Below, piece after piece: positions 50,008 to 60,294 of a stretch of 64,000 nucleotides of DNA (its first letter is position 1; every line of letters begins with the position of its first letter). The notes below the pieces were generated by a model, which was not told the origin of the DNA, searched no databases, and saw only the letters and a list, made by a program, of their open reading frames with translations. Source of the stretch: Candidatus Acidiferrales bacterium (lineage in GTDB: Bacteria; Acidobacteriota; Terriglobia; Acidiferrales; UBA7541); assembly GCA_050746945.1 (NCBI GenBank), contig JBOGMZ010000007.1, positions 118,130-182,129 on the forward strand, given 5' to 3'. The position numbers were made by a program, and so were the translations under genes.

Positions 50008-52149
50008 GTGCGTGGCTTCACTGTGTCCGTGTGTTGCGCCGCGGCTCTGGCGAGCGCGCAGGATTCCACACGGATGTCCGGCTACTCTGCGCACGCAGCG
50101 GAGCAGGAAAGCGCACTCGAGGCGCGCTATCGTGCGCTGGTTTCCACGGAAGACATCACGAAATTCCACCGCTACCTCACTGCCGAGCCGCACCCGGCCG
50201 GATCCACGCGCAACAACGACCTGGCGCAATGGGTTGCCGAGCAATGGCGGAAGCAGGGGCTCGAAGACGTCACCATCCATGAATACGATGTGCTGAACTC
50301 CTCTCCGCGCGAAGTTTCGCTCGAGATGGTGAAGCCCTCGTACTTTCGCGCGAGCCTCCGGGAAGATGCCTATGAAAGTGATCCCGACACGAAAAATCCG
50401 AATATTTCCGGCGCGTATCTCGGCTACTCCGCTTCGGGTGAGGTGACTGCGCCGGTTGTGTATGCGCACAGCGGCAACCCCGAGGATTACGAGTATCTGA
50501 AGAAGCGGGGAATCGATGTTCGCGGCAAGATCGTGCTTGTGCGCTATTCGAATCCGTACAGCTATCGCGGATTCAAAGCCCTGACGGCAGAACGTCTTGG
50601 AGCTGCCGCCATTTTGATTTATTCCGATCCTGCTGAAGATGGCTACAAGCAGGGGCCCGTGTATCCGACAGGTCCATGGGGCCCGGAGAGCCACATCCAG
50701 CGCGGGGCTATTACGTACGATTTCCTCGAGCCGGGCGATCCGCTGACACCCGGGTGGGCTTCCGTCCCGGGTGCGAAACGAATTCCGCCGGAGCAAGCCA
50801 TCTCACTGCCGAAAATTATGGCCGTGCCGCTCTCCTGGCGCGACGCAAAGCCGCTGCTCGAAAATATGGGTGGCCCGAGTGCCCCAGATACCTGGCAGGG
50901 GGGACTGCCGCTGCATTACCGGCTGGGCGGGAAGCGTGTACGGGTGCGTCTGAAGGTGGATATGGACACGCGCGTTCAACCCTACTACGTGCCGGAAGCG
51001 CGCATCCGTGGCGCGGAATTCCCCGACGAGTGGGTGATCCTGGGCAACCATCGAGACGCGTGGGTGTTCGGAGGCGTGGACCCATCGAGCGGGACGGCTG
51101 CGATGCTCGAGATGACGCGCAATTTCGGTCAGTTGCTTCACGCGGGAATTCGCCCGAAACGCACACTCGTTTTTTGCAGTTGGGATGGCGAAGAGTACGC
51201 GCTGACTGGTTCGACGGAATGGGGCGAGCAGTACGCGGATGAATTGAAACAGAAAACGGTGGCGTACTTGAACGTGGACGAGGCCACTGCCGGGAAAAAT
51301 TTCCAAGGCGATGCGGTAGGTTCGCTCGCGCCGCTGCTGGTGGAGGTGAGCCGCACGCTGACTGCACCCACTGGCAAGACTCTCTACGATGATTGGAAAG
51401 CGTCGCGCCAGGCGGAATTGCACGCGGCGCAGCCTGTGCCTGACTCGGAACTCGCAGATACGCGGATTGGCAGCGGCTCAGACCATACCGTTTTTCTGAA
51501 TTACCTGGGCATCCCCACGATTGAACTGACGTTTTCCGGGCCCTACGGTGTGTACCATTCCGCGTATGATGATTTCTACTGGATGAATCACTTCGGGGAC
51601 CCTGGTTATCACTACCACGCGCTGATGTCGCAACTTTGGGGCGTGATGGCGATGCGATTGGCGAATGCGGAAATTCTCCCGTACGATTTCGAATCCTACG
51701 GCACGAATATTCGCAAATTCATCGCGGATTTAGACGCGGCCACGAACTTGAGCGCGCATATGACGCTCGTGCCGCTGCTGCAAAATGTCGCCGATTTTCA
51801 GGCTGCCGGATATGAGTGGAACCATAGCGTCTCACTCGCGATTGCAAATGGGCTCCTCGACGCAGCGACGACCGCACGTGCGAATCAAGACCTGATGCAA
51901 GTCGAGCGCAATTGGTGCAATCCGGAGGGGATTCCTGGCCGGTCGTGGTTCAAGCATACGATTTATGGCACTCGGTCCACGTACGCGCATCTCGAAGTGC
52001 CGGGGTTGGCCGAGGCCGCTGAGGCGGGCGATTGGAAGCGCGCTGCCGAGCAGGCGAAAATCCTGCAAGACGAGCTGGCAAAAAATTCAACGCTGCTGCG
52101 CCAGACCAAACGTCAGCTGGAGTCAAGACGGGAGACTCCGAAGCGATGA
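50008..52149 (+). CDS. Exported M28-family metallopeptidase of the PSMA/glutamate carboxypeptidase II type (PA + M28 + TfR-like dimerisation domains)
   Basis: Start set at the in-frame GTG after the aminotransferase stop, giving a signal-like RGFTVSVCCAAALASAQ. The architecture is GCPII-like (GKIVLVRY PA-domain region, NHRDAWVFGGVDPSSGTA, SWDGEEYALTGSTEW, a HS.YD-type motif, and a C-terminal helical domain). Confidence 0.82.
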   Translation: MRGFTVSVCCAAALASAQDSTRMSGYSAHAAEQESALEARYRALVSTEDITKFHRYLTAEPHPAGSTRNNDLAQWVAEQWRKQGLEDVTIHEYDVLNSSPREVSLEMVKPSYFRASLREDAYESDPDTKNPNISGAYLGYSASGEVTAPVVYAHSGNPEDYEYLKKRGIDVRGKIVLVRYSNPYSYRGFKALTAERLGAAAILIYSDPAEDGYKQGPVYPTGPWGPESHIQRGAITYDFLEPGDPLTPGWASVPGAKRIPPEQAISLPKIMAVPLSWRDAKPLLENMGGPSAPDTWQGGLPLHYRLGGKRVRVRLKVDMDTRVQPYYVPEARIRGAEFPDEWVILGNHRDAWVFGGVDPSSGTAAMLEMTRNFGQLLHAGIRPKRTLVFCSWDGEEYALTGSTEWGEQYADELKQKTVAYLNVDEATAGKNFQGDAVGSLAPLLVEVSRTLTAPTGKTLYDDWKASRQAELHAAQPVPDSELADTRIGSGSDHTVFLNYLGIPTIELTFSGPYGVYHSAYDDFYWMNHFGDPGYHYHALMSQLWGVMAMRLANAEILPYDFESYGTNIRKFIADLDAATNLSAHMTLVPLLQNVADFQAAGYEWNHSVSLAIANGLLDAATTARANQDLMQVERNWCNPEGIPGRSWFKHTIYGTRSTYAHLEVPGLAEAAEAGDWKRAAEQAKILQDELAKNSTLLRQTKRQLESRRETPKR

Positions 52150-53303
52150 AGAGCTACTCCCTATTACTTGCAGGCGCGATTTTCGCGGCGGCGCTGCCTT
52201 GCCCCGCGCAGACATCGCCGCGGGCGCGCGATCTCGGCGTGCCATTTGACGGGACCCCCGGGCCGCTGAATGCGATCACGGACGTGAAGGGAGTGGAGGT
52301 GGGTTATCGCACGCTGATTTCAGGCGAGGGGAAGTTGCAAGTTGGCGTGGGCCCGGTGCGCACGGGGGTGACGGCAATTTTTCCGCGCGGCAAGAAATCG
52401 ATCGCTCCCGTATTCGCCGGATCATTCGCGGAGAACGGAAACGGAGAGATGACCGGCGCGGCATGGCTGGAGGAATCGGGCTTCCTCTACGCTCCGTTGA
52501 TGATCACAAATACGCACAGCGTGGGCGTGGTGCGCGATACGGTCATCGGGTGGCAGTTCAAACACGCGGCGCCTGAGTCGCTCGATGACTGGTGGTCGCT
52601 GCCGGTGGTCACGGAAACCTGGGATGGCTACCTGAACGACATCAACGGCTTCCACGTGAAACCAGAAGACGCCCTGGCGGCGATCGAGGACGCTCACGGC
52701 GGTTCCATTGCCGAAGGAAACGTCGGCGGCGGCACGGGGATGATTTGCTTCGAGTTCAAGGGCGGCACGGGCACGTCGTCGCGCAAGCTGGCCGAGAAAT
52801 TTGGCGGCTACACAGTCGGCGTGCTGGTGCAGTGCAACACCAGCCTGCACCGGTACCTGCGAATCGCGGGCGTTCCAGTGGGCAAGGAAATACCAGGGCA
52901 GAATATATGGGACTCGGAGACGGGATCCATCATTGTTGTGGTGGCTACGGACGCGCCGCTGCTCCCACACCAGTTGAAGCGCGTGGCGCGGCGGGTGACG
53001 CTGGCGCTCGGGCGCATGGGCAGCATCTCCGGCAACGGCTCGGGCGATATCTTCATCGCATTCTCAACCGCCAATGCCGGGGCAGGAATGGCGCAAAAGC
53101 GGGCGAATGCAGAGATGCTACCGAATGCGCAGATGGATGAACTGTTTGAAGCGACCGTACAGGCGACTGAGGAGGCCATCGTCAACGCATTAATTGCGGC
53201 GAAGACGATGAGCGGGCCGGATAACCGCACCGTGAAGGCCTTGCCGCACGACCTACTACGAGAGACACTGAAGAAGTACAATCGGCTCGCAGAAGCGAGA
53301 TAG
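52146..53303 (+). CDS. Exported DmpA/BapA-type (P1/S58 family) self-processing aminopeptidase
   Basis: Start at the ATG that forms an ATGA overlap with the M28 stop. Signal peptide MKSYSLLLAGAIFAAALPCPAQ. Family motifs VRTGVTAI, GNVGGGTGM and VVVATDAPL. Confidence 0.86.
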   Translation: MKSYSLLLAGAIFAAALPCPAQTSPRARDLGVPFDGTPGPLNAITDVKGVEVGYRTLISGEGKLQVGVGPVRTGVTAIFPRGKKSIAPVFAGSFAENGNGEMTGAAWLEESGFLYAPLMITNTHSVGVVRDTVIGWQFKHAAPESLDDWWSLPVVTETWDGYLNDINGFHVKPEDALAAIEDAHGGSIAEGNVGGGTGMICFEFKGGTGTSSRKLAEKFGGYTVGVLVQCNTSLHRYLRIAGVPVGKEIPGQNIWDSETGSIIVVVATDAPLLPHQLKRVARRVTLALGRMGSISGNGSGDIFIAFSTANAGAGMAQKRANAEMLPNAQMDELFEATVQATEEAIVNALIAAKTMSGPDNRTVKALPHDLLRETLKKYNRLAEAR

Positions 53304-53349
53304 GCATGGAAACGGCCTCGGGAGCCTGGGGCGTCTGCGGAGGGACTTG

Positions 53350-53892
53350 ATGAAGGGTTTCATTTTGGGGATCCTGTTCACGATCATTGTCAGCATCGTC
53401 GGCGGGTTCTGGTTAATCAAGCAGGGGCGCGTGGATATGGAAGCGGACCAGCCGGTCTCCACGCTGGAGCGGAAAATCGCCATGACTGTGGTGGATGCCT
53501 CGATCGATCGCCATTCGCCAGAGACCAAAAATCCAATCCAGGCGACCGATGAAAACCTGGTGGTAGGAGCGAATATATATATGAACAACTGCGCCGGGTG
53601 CCACGGCCTCCCATCGAATCCCAACAGCCAGTTCGGACATTCCTTCTATCCGACGGTGCCGCAATTTTTTAAGAACGCACCCGACATGCCCGACAACCAG
53701 AATTTCTACGTGGTGCGCCATGGAATTCGCTGGACCGGCATGCCTGGCTGGGGAAATACGCTAAGTGAGCAGCAGATTTGGACCGTGGTGACATTTCTCA
53801 GTCATTCCGAAAAGCTGCCGCCTGCCGCCCTGAAAGTGCTCGAACCGTCAACTCCTTCTCAGGCTCCGGCAACGCCACCGGCCAGCCGCTGA
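53350..53892 (+). CDS. Membrane-anchored monohaem c-type cytochrome
   Basis: N-terminal TM helix (GFILGILFTIIVSIVGGFWLI), a CAGCHG haem-binding motif and a distal Met region (GMPGWG). Confidence 0.85.
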   Translation: MKGFILGILFTIIVSIVGGFWLIKQGRVDMEADQPVSTLERKIAMTVVDASIDRHSPETKNPIQATDENLVVGANIYMNNCAGCHGLPSNPNSQFGHSFYPTVPQFFKNAPDMPDNQNFYVVRHGIRWTGMPGWGNTLSEQQIWTVVTFLSHSEKLPPAALKVLEPSTPSQAPATPPASR

Positions 53893-54091
53893 TAAGATGC
53901 TTCGCGTCGTGGGGTTGCTTTGCGCAGCAGGACGACAGCCAAGCTGGAACAATTTGCTGCGGTTAGGATTTGATTTTCTGCCCGGCTTGGGCTAGTTTTT
54001 GGCTGGCGTATTCACACACGCAGGGACCCGCGTGGACCTCTGCGGGCGGGTTCACTTGCAGGACCAATAAAGTTTCGACGGGGGCAGCTTG

Positions 54092-54373
54092 ATGGCTGAT
54101 GCCGTGGCAGCAAGAGTGATTGCAACGCTGGCATCGGTGAAACGAATTCCCGCGGACAACATCACGCCGGAGACTAATCTGCAGGAATTGGGCATCGATT
54201 CCCTTGACGTGTTTACGCTGCTCTTCGAACTCGAGAACGCATTCCACATTTCCATTCCGGATGACGACGTCCGATCGATCCGCACCGTCAACGATATTGT
54301 CGAAGGCGTCAGAAAGTTGATCCCCGCGACGGCACCCGATACCTCGGTAGGTTCCGGCACGCCGGCGGATTAG
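54092..54373 (+). CDS. Acyl carrier protein
   Basis: About 93 aa with the phosphopantetheine attachment motif LGIDSLDVF. It is followed 3 nt later by a KAS gene. Confidence 0.85.
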   Translation: MADAVAARVIATLASVKRIPADNITPETNLQELGIDSLDVFTLLFELENAFHISIPDDDVRSIRTVNDIVEGVRKLIPATAPDTSVGSGTPAD

Positions 54374-54376
54374 CGG

Positions 54377-55597
54377 ATGGCACCACGCAGAGTTGCCGTC
54401 ACCGGCCTGGGAATCATCTCTCCACTAGGTCACAACACCACGGAAAACTGGGAATCATTGCGGGCGGGCCGCTGCGCGATTGGGCCGATCGAATCCGTGG
54501 ATTGTTCCACATTCCGTTTTCGGAACGGCGCCGAAGTGCGCGGATACGATCCCCTGGTGCATTTCCTGGGCGGAAAAGACGCGCAGATCGACCGGTTCGC
54601 GCAGTTTGCGGTTGTCGCGGCGCGCGAAGCGATAGGCGACTCGGGCATCGAGCTGACGCCTGCGTTGCGCGAGCAATCGGCGGTGATTTGTGGCTCCTCC
54701 GTCGGAGGGCAGTTGGCGATTGAGGAAGGCTATCAGGACCTATATTTGAAAAATCGCGGCCGCGTCCACCCGCTAACGATTCCGAGAACGATGTCGAACG
54801 CGGGCTCGAGCCACATCGCCATGGACATCGGGTTCAGCGGGCCGACGTACACGGTGACGACTGCCTGCTCGTCTGCGAATCACGCGATCGGGCAGGCCTT
54901 TCGCATGGTGCGGAGCGGCGAGGTGAACCTTGCCGTAACTGGAGGCAGCGAGGCGAACTTTGCATTTGGATTCCTGAAGGCCTGGGAAGCGATGCGCGTG
55001 ATCGCGCCGGACACCTGCCGCCCGTTCAGCAAAGACCGCCGCGGAATGATTCTTGGCGAAGGTGGGGCGATACTAATTCTCGAGCCGATGGAAGCCGCCA
55101 AGGCGCGCGGCGCGAAGATCTATGCCGAAATTTGCGGCTTCGCCATGACGTCGGACGCACATCACCTGACGCAACCAACCGTGGAAGGACCGTCGCGCGC
55201 CATGCGCGGAGCCCTGCGCGATGCCGCGATGGCTCCGGAGGAAATTGGTTACATCAATGCGCACGGGACCGGAACGCCCGGCAACGACCCCGTGGAAACG
55301 CGCGCCATTCGCGCCGTGTTCGGCGCGCACGCGGATCAACTGGCGGTGAGTTCGACAAAATCCATGCACGGCCATGCGCTGGGAGCGGCCGGCGCACTGG
55401 AAGCCGTGGCTACGGTTCTGGCGCTGCATCACGGCGTCCTGCCACCAACAGCCAATTACAACGAGCGCGATCCGGAATGCGATCTCGATTACATTCCGAA
55501 CCAGGCTCGCACGATCCGGGTGGGGGCCGCGCTCTCAAATTCCTTCGCGTTCGGCGGCCTAAACGCCGTTCTCGCCTTCCGCTCCATGCCCCGCTAG
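54377..55597 (+). CDS. Beta-ketoacyl-ACP synthase (KAS I/II, FabF/NodE-like)
   Basis: 406 aa with the Cys-His-His triad context (TACSSANHAIG, NAHGTGTPGND, KSMHGHALGAAG). Confidence 0.92.
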   Translation: MAPRRVAVTGLGIISPLGHNTTENWESLRAGRCAIGPIESVDCSTFRFRNGAEVRGYDPLVHFLGGKDAQIDRFAQFAVVAAREAIGDSGIELTPALREQSAVICGSSVGGQLAIEEGYQDLYLKNRGRVHPLTIPRTMSNAGSSHIAMDIGFSGPTYTVTTACSSANHAIGQAFRMVRSGEVNLAVTGGSEANFAFGFLKAWEAMRVIAPDTCRPFSKDRRGMILGEGGAILILEPMEAAKARGAKIYAEICGFAMTSDAHHLTQPTVEGPSRAMRGALRDAAMAPEEIGYINAHGTGTPGNDPVETRAIRAVFGAHADQLAVSSTKSMHGHALGAAGALEAVATVLALHHGVLPPTANYNERDPECDLDYIPNQARTIRVGAALSNSFAFGGLNAVLAFRSMPR

Positions 55598-55671
55598 CAC
55601 TTGCAGCTCGGCGCACGGGTACAAACTGACGCACGCCGGAAAAATGTGAGAGCTGACTCTAGCGGTGATGG

Positions 55672-56007
55672 TTACCAGAAGATGCGAAGCAGCGGAAGGA
55701 GCGCGCTCCAGGCGCCGGACGATGGAGTCCAGCCGCGCGTGAGTTCGTCGGAAAGCGTAAGCCCAACCAGGATCGCAAACCAGAAGAAGCCCGCCAGGAT
55801 AATAAGTCGCGTCAATCCGGAGCTGTACTTCACGTGCATGAAAAATAGAATCACCAGAAGCATTTTCGCGACGGCGATGGCCAGCGCCAAAACCGTATTC
55901 ATTGGGCCGAGGTCGAAATAGGCCACCCAGGTGGTGAGCCCCGTCAGGACAAGCAGCGCCAGAAAAACGCTGATGTAAACTCGCAGCGGAACTACGTGTC
56001 CGGACAT
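55672..56007 (-). CDS. Cytochrome c oxidase subunit IV (bacterial small subunit)
   Basis: 111 aa from [26 protein letters not shown] with 3 TM helices. Its ATG forms an ATGA overlap with the subunit III stop. The longer track ORF (to 56322) overlaps subunit III. Confidence 0.8.
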   Translation of the reverse strand: MSGHVVPLRVYISVFLALLVLTGLTTWVAYFDLGPMNTVLALAIAVAKMLLVILFFMHVKYSSGLTRLIILAGFFWFAILVGLTLSDELTRGWTPSSGAWSALLPLLRIFW

Positions 56008-56696
56008 CAGTGTCCTCCCGCCATCAAATAGCGCCCGCCAATCAGATAGAGCAGCGGAAAAAGGAAAATCCAGACGATATCCACGAAGTGCCAGTAAAGA
56101 CCGGTGACTTCGAGCGGCGTGTAGTATTGATCGCTGAAGCGGCCGCGCGAAGCCATGCCGGTGAGCACGGTGAGAATCCCGATTCCGATGATCATGTGCA
56201 GCGCATGCAGCCCGGTCATGAAAAAATAGAAACAGAAAAACATTTCGACTCCCGGCGCATATGGTCCCGCGTAGGTCCAATTCAAACCAGGGACCAGGCC
56301 TTCCATCCAATCGTGATGCCATTCGAACGTAAACTTGATTCCCAGGAAAGCCGCGCCAAGAATCATGGTCAGGGCGAGGTAGAACATCACCACGGATTTG
56401 CGCTTTCCCGTCTGCGCCGAGTGGATGGCGAGAGCCATGGTCAAGCTGCTGGCGATCAGCACGGCTGTGTTGGTCGCGCCAAACCGGACATCCAGCAGAC
56501 GGCTGCCGGTTTCAAACGCTTGCAAGTGGAGCGCGCGATAAACCGCATAGCACGCGAACATCCCGCCGAAGAACATGATTTCGGTGACCAGGAAGACCCA
56601 CATGCCGAGGTTGCCGGCCTCGCGCTGCTGCTCCATGTCCTCGAACTGATGTGCAAATCCGGGAGGATGCGCGTTGTGAACAGTTGCGTCAGCCAC
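56007..56696 (-). CDS. ctaE: Cytochrome c oxidase subunit III
   Basis: [32 protein letters not shown] and later conserved His residues. Start assigned to the GTG at 56696, overlapping the subunit I end by 8 nt. Confidence 0.86.
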   Translation of the reverse strand: MADATVHNAHPPGFAHQFEDMEQQREAGNLGMWVFLVTEIMFFGGMFACYAVYRALHLQAFETGSRLLDVRFGATNTAVLIASSLTMALAIHSAQTGKRKSVVMFYLALTMILGAAFLGIKFTFEWHHDWMEGLVPGLNWTYAGPYAPGVEMFFCFYFFMTGLHALHMIIGIGILTVLTGMASRGRFSDQYYTPLEVTGLYWHFVDIVWIFLFPLLYLIGGRYLMAGGH

Positions 56697-58338
56697 GGCG
56701 CGCCCCCGAGTGCGGATTCGCGTAGTCGTATGCCTCTTCGGTGACCACAGGAATCTCTTCAAAATTTTCCGTCGGCGGCGGTGAAGGCGTCTCCCACTCA
56801 AGCCCCTTTGCGCCCCAGGGATTTGGTCCGGCCACTGGGCCGTATCGCATCGAGTACACCAGATAAATGAGCGGAATCAGGTAACCGACTCCCAGAATGG
56901 AAGCGCCGGCGGAGGACATCACGTTGAGCACTTGAAATTCCGGTGGATACACGGCGTAGCGCCGGGGCATTCCCAGGTAGCCCAGCATGAACTGTGGGAA
57001 AAAGGTAAGGTTGAAGCCGACGAATATCACCAGCGCGGCAAATCGTGCCCAGCCATCTGAATACATTCGCCCCGTGATCTTCGGCCACCAGAAATGGATT
57101 CCGCCGAGATAGGCCATCACAGCGCCGCCGACCATGATGTAGTGGAAATGCGCGACGATGAAGTACGTGCCATTCAGGTGAACGTCCGTCGCCAGCGAGG
57201 CCAGAAACAATCCCGTGAGGCCGCCCATGGTGAAAAGGCCGATGAAGCCCAGTGCATAAAGCATCGGCGCCTGATAGGAGATCGAGCCTTTATAGAGCGT
57301 CGCCGTCCAGTTAAACACTTTGATGGCCGAAGGAATTGCCACCAAAAAGCTGAGCACGGAGAAAATCAATCCGGCGTAGATGGATTGGCCACTGACGAAC
57401 ATGTGATGGCCCCACACCAGAAAGCTGATCACCGCGATGGCCATGCTCGAAAATGCCACGAAGCTGTAGCCGAATATTTTCTTGCGCGAAAAGCAGGTGA
57501 TCAGCTCACTCATCACGCCCATGCCCGGCAAAATCATGATGTACACAGCCGGGTGCGAATAAAACCAGAACAAATGCTGGAACAGGATGGGGTCCCCGCC
57601 GATGGCGGGATCGAATATTCCAATGTGCAGCAGCCGCTCGAGGCCCAGCAGAAAAAGAGTGATCGCGATTACGGGCGTGCCAAGAATGAAAATGATGCTG
57701 GTGGCGTACATCGCCCAGATGAACAGCGGCAGACGGAACCACGTGAGGCCCGGCGCGCGCATCTTGTGGATGGTGACGACGAAATTCAAGCCCGTGAGGA
57801 TGGATGAAAAACCCGTGATGAACACACCCACCGCCACGGGCACTACTTGCGTGTGAGAAAAGCTGCTGCTGTAGGGCGTATAAAATGTCCAGCCGGTATC
57901 CAGGCCGCCGGTGATGGTCGCATACAGCGTGAAGATTGCGCCGACGACGTAAATGTACCAGCTAATCAGATTCAGTCGCGGAAAGGCGAGGTCGCGCGCG
58001 CCAATCATCATCGGGACCAGGAAGTTTCCGAGCGTGGCAGGAATGGAAGGAACTAGGAAGAAAAAAATCATGATGACGCCGTGCAAGGTGAAAAGCTTGT
58101 TGTACGTATCAGGCTCGACAAGCGCTCCCTGCGGCTCAATGAGGTGCAGGCGCATGAGGACGGCGAACGACCCGCCCACAAAAAACATCAGCGTGATGGA
58201 GCCGAGGTACAGGAGCGCGATGCGCTTGTGATCGGTGGTCAGGAGCCACGACTTGATCCCATAATTCGCGTTCAGATAATGAACCCGCGATGATTCCGGC
58301 GGAGCCGGAGGATGAACGTCTGTAACCGCAGTACTCAT
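56689..58338 (-). CDS. ctaD: Cytochrome c oxidase subunit I (haem-copper oxidase, A-type)
   Basis: 549 aa from MSTAVTDVH, with [23 protein letters not shown] and HFHYIM. ATGA overlap with the subunit II stop. The extra N-terminal part of the track ORF (to 59040) overlaps coxII out of frame. Confidence 0.95.
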   Translation of the reverse strand: MSTAVTDVHPPAPPESSRVHYLNANYGIKSWLLTTDHKRIALLYLGSITLMFFVGGSFAVLMRLHLIEPQGALVEPDTYNKLFTLHGVIMIFFFLVPSIPATLGNFLVPMMIGARDLAFPRLNLISWYIYVVGAIFTLYATITGGLDTGWTFYTPYSSSFSHTQVVPVAVGVFITGFSSILTGLNFVVTIHKMRAPGLTWFRLPLFIWAMYATSIIFILGTPVIAITLFLLGLERLLHIGIFDPAIGGDPILFQHLFWFYSHPAVYIMILPGMGVMSELITCFSRKKIFGYSFVAFSSMAIAVISFLVWGHHMFVSGQSIYAGLIFSVLSFLVAIPSAIKVFNWTATLYKGSISYQAPMLYALGFIGLFTMGGLTGLFLASLATDVHLNGTYFIVAHFHYIMVGGAVMAYLGGIHFWWPKITGRMYSDGWARFAALVIFVGFNLTFFPQFMLGYLGMPRRYAVYPPEFQVLNVMSSAGASILGVGYLIPLIYLVYSMRYGPVAGPNPWGAKGLEWETPSPPPTENFEEIPVVTEEAYDYANPHSGARRG

Positions 58339-59330
58339 TTCGCGTTCGACTTCCTTTCTTCCGATCCGAGTGATTTCACGTACGCGATCAATTGCAGCAC
58401 CTGCTCCTCGTTGATCTGGCCCTGGAAGGTGGGCATGATCGGCGGGTAGTTCCGCAGGATGACCGAGTTCGGGTTTACGATGGCCTGGCGGATGAGCGCC
58501 TCGTCCACAAGCCGCATTTCGCCGCTGCGCAATTTTTCCTGTTTGCCATACAGTCCCACGAGTGCGGGGCCGCGGCCCGTCCCGTCCGACAAATGGCAGG
58601 TCACGCAGCCAAGCCGGTTGAAGATGCGCTCGCCTGCCTGCGCCATGGTTTCGTTTCTTGCGCCACCGGAAAGCCAGGCCGCATAATCCGCTGGAGTCAT
58701 CACATAGACCCAGCCGATCATTTCCGCATGATCCGTGCCGCAGTACTGGGCACAGAAGAGGTGATAGGTGCCGACTTTTGTGGCCTGAAACCACAGAGAG
58801 GTATAGCGCCCGGGAATGACGTCCTTCTTGACGCGAAACGCGGGGACGTAGAAGTCGTGAATTACATCCTCGGATGTCATCGTCAGCTTCACAGGAACGT
58901 CCACGGGAACATGCAGCTCGTTGATCTCGCGGGGGCCTTCCGGATGTTGCAGGTGCCACATCCATTGTTTGCCTACCACGAATATTTCCGTGGCGGCAGA
59001 GGGTGGACGCGAATTGCGGAAGTACAGGCTCGAGGACCATACAAAGATGATCACGGTGAGCAGAGTCGGGACTAGTGTCCAGGTCAGCTCGAGCCCGAGA
59101 CTTTCCACGGTCTCCGGTGGCCGCTCGTCTTCCGAACGCCGGCGGTACTTCACCATGAAATAGAAAATAATGCTGAAGACCAGCGCGGTGAAAAACAACG
59201 TGAGGCCGGTCAGGAAAAAATGCAGCCGGTCGACACCTTGGGCGATCGAAGAGGCCGCGGGCGGCCGGATCGGTATCCCCTCCTGAATCGCTGCTAACAA
59301 ATCGAGCCCGGATTGGACGAAGCCAGTCAT
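58335..59330 (-). CDS. ctaC: Cytochrome c oxidase subunit II with a fused C-terminal cytochrome c (caa3 type)
   Basis: Two N-terminal TM helices, the CuA motif [15 protein letters not shown] and the C-terminal haem c motif CVTCH. Confidence 0.93.
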   Translation of the reverse strand: MTGFVQSGLDLLAAIQEGIPIRPPAASSIAQGVDRLHFFLTGLTLFFTALVFSIIFYFMVKYRRRSEDERPPETVESLGLELTWTLVPTLLTVIIFVWSSSLYFRNSRPPSAATEIFVVGKQWMWHLQHPEGPREINELHVPVDVPVKLTMTSEDVIHDFYVPAFRVKKDVIPGRYTSLWFQATKVGTYHLFCAQYCGTDHAEMIGWVYVMTPADYAAWLSGGARNETMAQAGERIFNRLGCVTCHLSDGTGRGPALVGLYGKQEKLRSGEMRLVDEALIRQAIVNPNSVILRNYPPIMPTFQGQINEEQVLQLIAYVKSLGSEERKSNAK

Positions 59331-59382
59331 TTCACTTCCGCAAAGATCCTTTCCCGAACACCGCTCTTGTGCAGCGGCCGTG

Positions 59383-60243
59383 CTAAGCCTTCCGCTGCGG
59401 CAGTTCGTAATGTTCGCGACGCGAGAGCACCAGAACCAGGATTCCGACCGCCAGCACTGTCAGAAGTCCACTCGCCTTGATGACGCGCGAAATCAGCAGC
59501 CCATATTTCCCCGTGGTCGGGTCGTAGTGGTAGCAGAACAACAGCACTTGATCCACGGGCGAGCCGATTTTGCCTTCCGATGCCTCCACCAGACCCAGCC
59601 GCATATCCCGCGAGGGATATTGAATGCCGTAGAAGTAGCGCGAAATTTTTCCTTCGGGAGTCAGCACTATCACGGCGCTTGCATGCGCGAACTGCTTCGA
59701 ATCCGGGTCATAGGCGTAGCGGAAGCCGAGCGCATCCGCGAGCTGCTTGATTTGCGGTTGCTCGCCGGTCAGAAAATGCCATCCCGCGGCGGCGCCGGGG
59801 CGTCCGTAAATTCCGGTGTACAAATCGTGCTTGGCAGCGGCGAGCTTTGGCGTCTCGCTGGGATCAATGCTCACGGTAACGACGTTGAAATCCTTGCCGA
59901 TGTCCATTGGAACGTCTCTGAAACTGCGGTCGACCGCATTCAGCACCTGCGTGCAGAGCATCGGGCAATCGTAATAGACCAGCGAGAGGACCACAGGCCC
60001 ATGCCCGAAAAATTGCGAGAGCTCTACGGCATTTCCTTTTTCATCGCGGAACGCCAGCTTCAGAGGGATCGAATCGTTGAGCTTCTGGTCAATCCCGACT
60101 TGCTTCAAGAGCTCTGGCCGCACACCGATATTTTGGACAGGCCCGGTAAGCTGCGCCGCACAGGCCCCCGGATACGCCAGAAGCGCGAGTGAAATTAGCC
60201 CGCTCAGCGCGAGGGCAGCCGCTGGATTAAATTTTCTATTCAC
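59383..60243 (-). CDS. SCO1/SenC-family copper chaperone
   Basis: 286 aa with an N-terminal signal/anchor, the thioredoxin-fold CxxxC motif (YYDCPMLC) and a C-terminal TM helix. GTG start. Confidence 0.88.
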   Translation of the reverse strand: MNRKFNPAAALALSGLISLALLAYPGACAAQLTGPVQNIGVRPELLKQVGIDQKLNDSIPLKLAFRDEKGNAVELSQFFGHGPVVLSLVYYDCPMLCTQVLNAVDRSFRDVPMDIGKDFNVVTVSIDPSETPKLAAAKHDLYTGIYGRPGAAAGWHFLTGEQPQIKQLADALGFRYAYDPDSKQFAHASAVIVLTPEGKISRYFYGIQYPSRDMRLGLVEASEGKIGSPVDQVLLFCYHYDPTTGKYGLLISRVIKASGLLTVLAVGILVLVLSRREHYELPQRKA

Positions 60244-60294
60244 AAGCTCACTTTTCCTGAATCCTTTGCAGTCACGGCGCCGTAAACGCAGCCC

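Noticed and set aside
49882-50796. 304-aa minus-strand ORF and the 49906-50007 N-terminal extension of the M28 ORF
   Set aside because: The minus ORF is antisense to the aminotransferase/M28 junction and is Arg-rich. The M28 extension overlaps the aminotransferase 3' end, whereas a GTG at 50008 yields a proper signal peptide.
56007-59040. Over-long track ORFs in the oxidase cluster (55672..56322, 56007..56801, 56689..59040)
   Set aside because: Each extends upstream into the preceding subunit gene in another frame. Internal starts that create ATGA/GTG overlaps give family-typical N-termini for subunits IV, III and I.
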